Positions 58,519 to 64,000 of a DNA stretch of 64,000 nt are shown here, piece after piece. This DNA is from Planctomycetota bacterium. Its GTDB lineage: Bacteria > Planctomycetota > UBA1135. Under the pieces are notes generated by a model, which was given only the letters and a program-made list of their open reading frames with translations, did not search any database and was not told the DNA's origin. Every line of letters starts with the position of its first letter. Positions within the stretch are counted from its first letter, which is position 1. The DNA is taken from positions 14,908-78,907 of the forward strand of contig QQUA01000010.1 of the NCBI GenBank assembly GCA_008501825.1. The letters run 5' to 3'. Made by a program: the position numbers and the translations under genes.

Positions 58519-60192
58519 ATGACCGTGACCCGCCCCGTCATCGAAATTCAGCCCGGCGCTCAGCAAGCTCCCCACGGCGACCGCCTCCACTGTCAGGACT
58601 GGCACGCGGAAGCGGCCTTGCGCATGTTCTTGAACAATTTAGACGCGGAAGTTGCCGAGCGGCCGGAAGATCTCGTGGTTTACGGTGGCGCTGGCAAGGC
58701 GGCCAGGAATTGGGAAGCGGCGCAAAAAATCGTGGCCACGCTGCAGCGGTTGAAGCTAGATGAAACCCTAGTGGTGCAAAGCGGCAAGCCGGTGGCGGTA
58801 TTTCGAACCCGACCGGGAGCCAGCAAAGTCCTTATTGCCAACTCCAATCTGGTGGGGAAATGGTCCCATTGGGGACATTTCCGCGAACTGGAGCGGAAGG
58901 GCCTGATGATGTACGGCCAGATGACGGCCGGTTCCTGGATTTACATCGGGACCCAGGGCATATTGCAAGGCACTTATGAAACTTTCGCCGCCGCCGCCAA
59001 TCTCCGTTTCGGCGGCAGTTTGAAAGGAAGGCTTTGCGTAACCGCCGGTTTGGGAGGTATGGGTGGAGCTCAACCGCTTTCGGTCACCATGAACGAGGGC
59101 GTTTGCTTGATCGCCGACATCGATCCTTCCCGATTTGAAAAGCGTTTGAGGACTCGTTATCTAGATGAACAAGCTCCCGATTTGGAAAGCGCGATTCGCC
59201 GCGCTTTGCAAGCTAAGGAAAAGGGCGAAGCGGTTTCGATCGGCGTCGTGGCCAATGCCGCGGATTTACTGGAAGAACTGATTGCCCGCAACATCGTGCC
59301 GGATGTATTGACCGACCAAACCAGCGCCCACGATCCGCTGAACGGATACGTTCCCCGCGGCATCGACTTCGAACAAGCCTTGAAGTTGCGCAGCCAGGAT
59401 CCCGGGGAATATGAAAGACGCAGTTTCGCCACCATGGGGGACCACGTCCGAGCCATGCTGGAATTGCAAAAACGCGGTGCCGAGACTTTTGACTACGGCA
59501 ACAACCTCCGGGCTTTCGCTCAGGAGGAGGCCGGAGTGGAACGGGCCTTTGACTTTCCCGGTTTCGTTCCTGCTTACATCCGCCCCTTGTTTTGCGAAGG
59601 CCAAGGGCCGTTCCGGTGGGCCGCTTTATCCGGAGATCCGGCCGATATCGCCGCCACCGATCAAGCCATTCTTGATCTGTTCCCGGACAAAGCCCATTTG
59701 AGCCGCTGGATCCATATGGCTCAGGAAAGAGTCGCTTTCCAGGGTTTGCCCAGTCGGATTTGTTGGCTCGGCTACGGCGAACGTCATCTCGCCGGTTTGG
59801 CGTTCAATCGCCTGGTGCGGGAGGGAGCGGTCAAAGCGCCGATTGTGATCGGTAGGGATCATTTGGACTGCGGCAGCGTGGCCAGTCCCAATCGAGAAAC
59901 CGAAGCCATGAAGGACGGCAGCGATGCTGTCGCCGATTGGCCGCTGTTGAACGGAATGGTGGCGGTGGCTTCCGGGGCTAGTTGGGTCAGCATGCACAAT
60001 GGCGGCGGCGTCGGTATTGGATATGCCCAACACAGTGGCCAAGTGCTTTGTTGTGACGGCAGCGTTGAAATGGATGAGCGCATTCGAGCCGTACTTACCA
60101 ATGATCCGGGGATGGGAGTGGTTCGGCACGTAGACGCCGGATACGCCGAAGCCGTCCGCTGTGCCGAAGAACGTCAAGTAGACATTCCTTGA
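58519..60192 (+). CDS. hutU: Urocanate hydratase
   Basis: [58 protein letters not shown]. Confidence 0.97.
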   Translation: MTVTRPVIEIQPGAQQAPHGDRLHCQDWHAEAALRMFLNNLDAEVAERPEDLVVYGGAGKAARNWEAAQKIVATLQRLKLDETLVVQSGKPVAVFRTRPGASKVLIANSNLVGKWSHWGHFRELERKGLMMYGQMTAGSWIYIGTQGILQGTYETFAAAANLRFGGSLKGRLCVTAGLGGMGGAQPLSVTMNEGVCLIADIDPSRFEKRLRTRYLDEQAPDLESAIRRALQAKEKGEAVSIGVVANAADLLEELIARNIVPDVLTDQTSAHDPLNGYVPRGIDFEQALKLRSQDPGEYERRSFATMGDHVRAMLELQKRGAETFDYGNNLRAFAQEEAGVERAFDFPGFVPAYIRPLFCEGQGPFRWAALSGDPADIAATDQAILDLFPDKAHLSRWIHMAQERVAFQGLPSRICWLGYGERHLAGLAFNRLVREGAVKAPIVIGRDHLDCGSVASPNRETEAMKDGSDAVADWPLLNGMVAVASGASWVSMHNGGGVGIGYAQHSGQVLCCDGSVEMDERIRAVLTNDPGMGVVRHVDAGYAEAVRCAEERQVDIP

Positions 60193-60776
60193 CCATGACT
60201 TTGGCTTTCCGCCGGTTGATGGGGGAGGTCCAAGCCTGCCGCCTTTGCGAAGCCTTTATGCCTCATGGCATTCGCCCGGTATTGCAGGCCCACCCGGAAG
60301 CGGTCATTCTGATTGCTGGGCAAGCTCCTGGACGGCGGGTTCTTGAAACCGGAGTTCCCTTCGATGACCCGAGCGGGGATCGCTTGCGGGATTGGATGGG
60401 TTTAAGTCGCGAGGAGTTTTACGATCCTCGAAAGGTCGCCATCATTCCCATGGGCTTTTGCTATCCCGGCAAGGGCAAGTCCGGGGATTTGCCGCCGCGG
60501 CCGGAGTGCGCCGAGGCGTGGAGACAACCTTTGTTGGAGCGATTGCCTGCCGTCCGCTTGACTTTGGTGATCGGTCAGTACGCGATGAAATGGCATTTGG
60601 ACCTGGGAACGGCGAATTTGACCGATACGGTTCGCAATTGGAAAGCCCACCGGCCGGCGATTTTGCCTCTTCCCCATCCGAGCCCTCGGAACAACATCTG
60701 GCTGCGCAAAAATCCCTGGTTCGAATTGGAAGTCCTTCCCTATCTTCGTCGGCGGGTGCGCACTCTCATGGCTTAG
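60189..60776 (+). CDS. Uracil-DNA glycosylase family protein
   Basis: [31 protein letters not shown]. Confidence 0.9.
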   Translation: MTMTLAFRRLMGEVQACRLCEAFMPHGIRPVLQAHPEAVILIAGQAPGRRVLETGVPFDDPSGDRLRDWMGLSREEFYDPRKVAIIPMGFCYPGKGKSGDLPPRPECAEAWRQPLLERLPAVRLTLVIGQYAMKWHLDLGTANLTDTVRNWKAHRPAILPLPHPSPRNNIWLRKNPWFELEVLPYLRRRVRTLMA

Positions 60777-60810
60777 TGGGTTTTCTTCGGCAGCTCTGTT
60801 CGTCGGCTTA

Positions 60811-62490
60811 TTAGGGTGTAATCCGAATCGGCCAGGCGATGGAGGAAAGGCGGCCGGTGACGACGTGATTGGATTGATAGGAAATGACGGCCATGTGGAA
60901 TATTTTGCCAACTAAATGGGTCAAGGGTGGATCGTTATGGAGGACGGCCACTGCTTGACCATTCGCGTCAAGCCATCCAAATGCTCCTTCCAAGTTTATG
61001 GGTGATGCTCCCGTGAGCATTTGACTCAATAAGAGGCCGGGGCTCAGGGGAACTTGAACTCCGGCGATCTGAGTGGGACCGATTCCGGCTCCTGAAAGAA
61101 GGACCGCGTAGGGAAGGCCGGCTTCGCTCACAGGAAAGGTAATCTCGATATGAAGAGGAGAGCCGGAAGCTACGGAAAGGCGAGTTGTGTTCGCAAAAAT
61201 AAATGGATTCGGGTTGTACGCTTTGACTGCTCCAACTCCGGACAGATTCTCCTGCCAGGTGGCGGGTGCGCCGGTTAGGATGGCATCCAGGTTTCTTCCT
61301 TCTATGTCACCAAGGACGGAAAGAGATTCACCAAAACCAATATTCGGCTCCGTTCCGGCAAAGGAGTCGATAAAGGTACCGTCGGCTCCTGATCGTATTT
61401 CGACTCTTCCTTTTCCGTCAGGCTGAGAAATAGAAGTAAAGGCAAGGTCCGTTCTGCCGTCGAAATTCATATCGCGAAGGCTAGAAACGGCGAAACCGAT
61501 GTGATCGTCCTTGGTTTGACCGTCGATTCGGTGTAGGAGTGTGCCTCCAAGACCGGAAAGAACATATATGGAGCCGGCATCCTCGTTGAAATGCCCGGAG
61601 CCGATGGCACTGATGGCGACATCATCGAAACCGTCAGTGTTGATGTCGCCAAGATTGCATACCGCTGTACCGAAAAGCCCGTCCTCCACGAGGGGACCAA
61701 CGAAATCATATAGCAGATAACCAGTGGACCCTGAATAGAGATAGGCGGTGCCTACGTCTTCCACCCCATTTCGGGTAGAGCGAGGGGCGCCAATGAGAAA
61801 ATCCGGATATCCATCGGCGTTGACATCGCCAGCGCTGCTTAGGGCTTGGCCGAATCGATCCCCGGCCAGCATTCCAGTGAACTCCAACAAAATAGAGCTG
61901 TCCAATCCTGAGTACACGGTGGCGACTCCTGCGTCTTTTCGGCCGCCGGGATCGGCTCGATCCGCACCCACGATGAGGTCGTCGTAGCCGTCCATATTGA
62001 CGTCTCCGACCCCGGCGACGGAAACTCCGTGGTTCTTTCTAAAACTTTCCACAGTCCACCAAATTGTTCCGTCGTGCAGGAGCACAGTAATTCGGTTGTT
62101 TCTGGGCGATCCGACCACGACGTCGGGCCGTCCGTCTGCGTTCACATCTCCTGCTGCGGCGACGGAATAACCGGTTCTACCGCAAGCCGTCCAATTCCAT
62201 AATGGCAAGCCGAAATGGCCGCTAAAAGCGTAAATGCAGCCTGCATCAGAATTTTCATAAGGCGCTCCAACAACGAAATCACCCCAGCCATCTCCGTCAA
62301 GATCCCCTACACCGGCGACGGCCTGGCCAAAAAAGCTTCTCTCCACGGTTCCGAAAATATGGTGTACTGACTCCCACTCTCCCCCGATCCGTTGTGCGAA
62401 TCCTTGAGGAGCAAGAAGCAAGGACAAGGCGACGCCCCATAAAAGGAAGCTGAGGCATTTGGAATTCCGGCAGGGGGCCGAGTTTCTCAT
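60811..62490 (-). CDS. Secreted FG-GAP / integrin-alpha repeat protein
   Basis: Signal peptide after MRNS; GD.N.DG..D..VGAP repeats. Confidence 0.9.
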   Translation of the reverse strand: MRNSAPCRNSKCLSFLLWGVALSLLLAPQGFAQRIGGEWESVHHIFGTVERSFFGQAVAGVGDLDGDGWGDFVVGAPYENSDAGCIYAFSGHFGLPLWNWTACGRTGYSVAAAGDVNADGRPDVVVGSPRNNRITVLLHDGTIWWTVESFRKNHGVSVAGVGDVNMDGYDDLIVGADRADPGGRKDAGVATVYSGLDSSILLEFTGMLAGDRFGQALSSAGDVNADGYPDFLIGAPRSTRNGVEDVGTAYLYSGSTGYLLYDFVGPLVEDGLFGTAVCNLGDINTDGFDDVAISAIGSGHFNEDAGSIYVLSGLGGTLLHRIDGQTKDDHIGFAVSSLRDMNFDGRTDLAFTSISQPDGKGRVEIRSGADGTFIDSFAGTEPNIGFGESLSVLGDIEGRNLDAILTGAPATWQENLSGVGAVKAYNPNPFIFANTTRLSVASGSPLHIEITFPVSEAGLPYAVLLSGAGIGPTQIAGVQVPLSPGLLLSQMLTGASPINLEGAFGWLDANGQAVAVLHNDPPLTHLVGKIFHMAVISYQSNHVVTGRLSSIAWPIRITP

Positions 62491-62588
62491 CCAATCCTCC
62501 TGGCAAGGAATTTTGCTAGATTTTATCACTTTCTTTTCCTGTGTTAAAGGTGGTACTTTTGCTTGTGGTGGCAATGAATGATGGTCAT

Positions 62589-64000
62589 TTACGGATTTTG
62601 GCTGGCAATATCCATGAAGCGAATGAAGGGACGGGATTGATTGGCGACTTTTCGGTCGAAAACCACGGCCATGTAGTATTCCGGATCTGCTTCCCATATG
62701 GAGTATGCTGGGCGGTCGGCATGATCTGAGATCCCCTTTGCGTTATCGATAGGAAAGCATTTAAATTCGTCCCAGCACCGAATGTGCTCTGGTGAACTGG
62801 CCTCGTCATGGAAAAGCACTGCTTCGAAGGTTGAGTCGGGAAGAGGGCCGTTCTTGGCGAATATCGGCCGCGCATGGTCTACATTTTCTAGATTCCCTAG
62901 AGGGTAATTCCGATCGAATTGAATCTGACCGGTGGAGGTCAAATGAAACTCGACCCAATCAATCATGGGATCATCCAATCCGTCAGTTTGGTCGTCATCA
63001 AAAGTAGACCAGGCAATGCTCATGTTGTGGCTTGAATCCTTGGTCTTTCCGAAAACCGGTCTGCGATGATGCCAGTTTGGGTGAGAGGTTGCGGTGGTCA
63101 AGATTTCCATATCCTCTTCTTCAAGGTGACCATTGGGATGGTAGGAGAAACTCCAAATTACAATCCTTCCTGCATTGGTGGGGGAATCCTCCCACTCGCC
63201 GTATGCGAGCACCAGGAAGCCATTCTTGTCTTCAATGAGCCGGGGCGCAATGCGTTTGGACAGGTTGTATGTAGGATTATGATGAGATCTAATACCGGAG
63301 ATCATCCATTCATTCGGCGACGGAGCTTCGCCGTCGGTGACCAGGGGGGCTCCGGTAATATCCGTATCGTAGTTAACGTATATTCCGTAGAGGTTGTATT
63401 CATAAGCTGGCCCCGGTTGATTCAAGAATGTTATAGCTACGCCGTTCTGATCCGGAAGTAGACCTGGGCTGAATTGGCAAAGGCCGAGGTTGATGCCCGA
63501 AGCTCCAGCGTCAAACCAGTGGCCTGGAAATCCTTCCTGCGTGGAAACTACGTGCCCCAGGCCGGGATTAGAGGCGAAATGGAAAGTTGCCTCGTTGAAT
63601 GAAGCGTCTCCGCGATTGAGAATTTCCACTGCAATGGTTTCGATTCTTGTCAACCGATCTCCATAGGTTTGGGTCCTTGGGTAGGCGATGATGAAATTTG
63701 TTCCAACGGAAGTGACGTGAGGCTTTTCACATTCCATTAATTTTCCTGCAACGCCCTTCTCTGGATCACCAATCAGGTGAGCCATTGGTGGGATCTTCCA
63801 GAAGCGACGATTTCCATCCATTTTGGTTGGAATGAAAACGGCACTGCTCTGGACTGTTTTCCAGGATTGAGATCCTGCGTGGGTTATTTCGTCCCAGACA
63901 ACGAGTGCGTCTCCTATATCGTTATAAGCAACAATGACGTGGTCTGCGTTCTCTGAGTTTGGGTCAACTATCGGAAGTTCCGTCGGCAAATCCTGGACTG
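62589..64000 (-). CDS. Hypothetical protein (5' end outside the window), beta-rich
   Basis: Long ORF open to the window edge; lower GC than its neighbours. Confidence 0.7.
   Translation of the reverse strand, partial: VQDLPTELPIVDPNSENADHVIVAYNDIGDALVVWDEITHAGSQSWKTVQSSAVFIPTKMDGNRRFWKIPPMAHLIGDPEKGVAGKLMECEKPHVTSVGTNFIIAYPRTQTYGDRLTRIETIAVEILNRGDASFNEATFHFASNPGLGHVVSTQEGFPGHWFDAGASGINLGLCQFSPGLLPDQNGVAITFLNQPGPAYEYNLYGIYVNYDTDITGAPLVTDGEAPSPNEWMISGIRSHHNPTYNLSKRIAPRLIEDKNGFLVLAYGEWEDSPTNAGRIVIWSFSYHPNGHLEEEDMEILTTATSHPNWHHRRPVFGKTKDSSHNMSIAWSTFDDDQTDGLDDPMIDWVEFHLTSTGQIQFDRNYPLGNLENVDHARPIFAKNGPLPDSTFEAVLFHDEASSPEHIRCWDEFKCFPIDNAKGISDHADRPAYSIWEADPEYYMAVVFDRKVANQSRPFIRFMDIASQNP

Overview
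The window has two compositionally distinct parts. (1) About 1-24,650 is accessory, mobile DNA. It opens with an N-terminally clipped DUF499 ATPase carrying a Swt1-like HEPN domain, followed by ICE leading-region-type genes: small hypotheticals, an XRE-HTH plus nucleotidyltransferase pair, a DUF2958-Zn-RadC fusion and ParDE. A second 16,416-bp element (7315-23730) is nested inside it. This element starts with the 3' half of a tRNA-Pro(GGG) and a tyrosine integrase, and splits the DUF2958-RadC gene exactly in frame (…RIPAL | YATED…). Its cargo is an unusual envelope module: a MotA/ExbB-type channel with a long helical tail, two ExbD/TolR-like partners, a repeat-anchored protein, a double DUF1598-like/YD-repeat protein, and TPR and ankyrin lipoproteins. 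(2) About 24,660-64,000 looks like host chromosome, probably a Planctomycetota bacterium (inferred from gene families, not certain). It carries a sulfatase, rsfS, a membrane pyrophosphatase, DedA, an ABC ATPase, an FHA protein, FG-GAP proteins, three GT4s with a flippase, an ICDH/IPMDH-family enzyme, a binding protein plus hybrid kinase, a CDF transporter, hutH (Ala-Cys-Gly at the MIO site), a complete IS with 26-bp TIRs and 9-bp DRs, a Kelch protein, hutU and a UDG-family protein. No CRISPR array, rRNA or complete tRNA was seen. All family assignments come from motif recognition by eye; no database searches were run.
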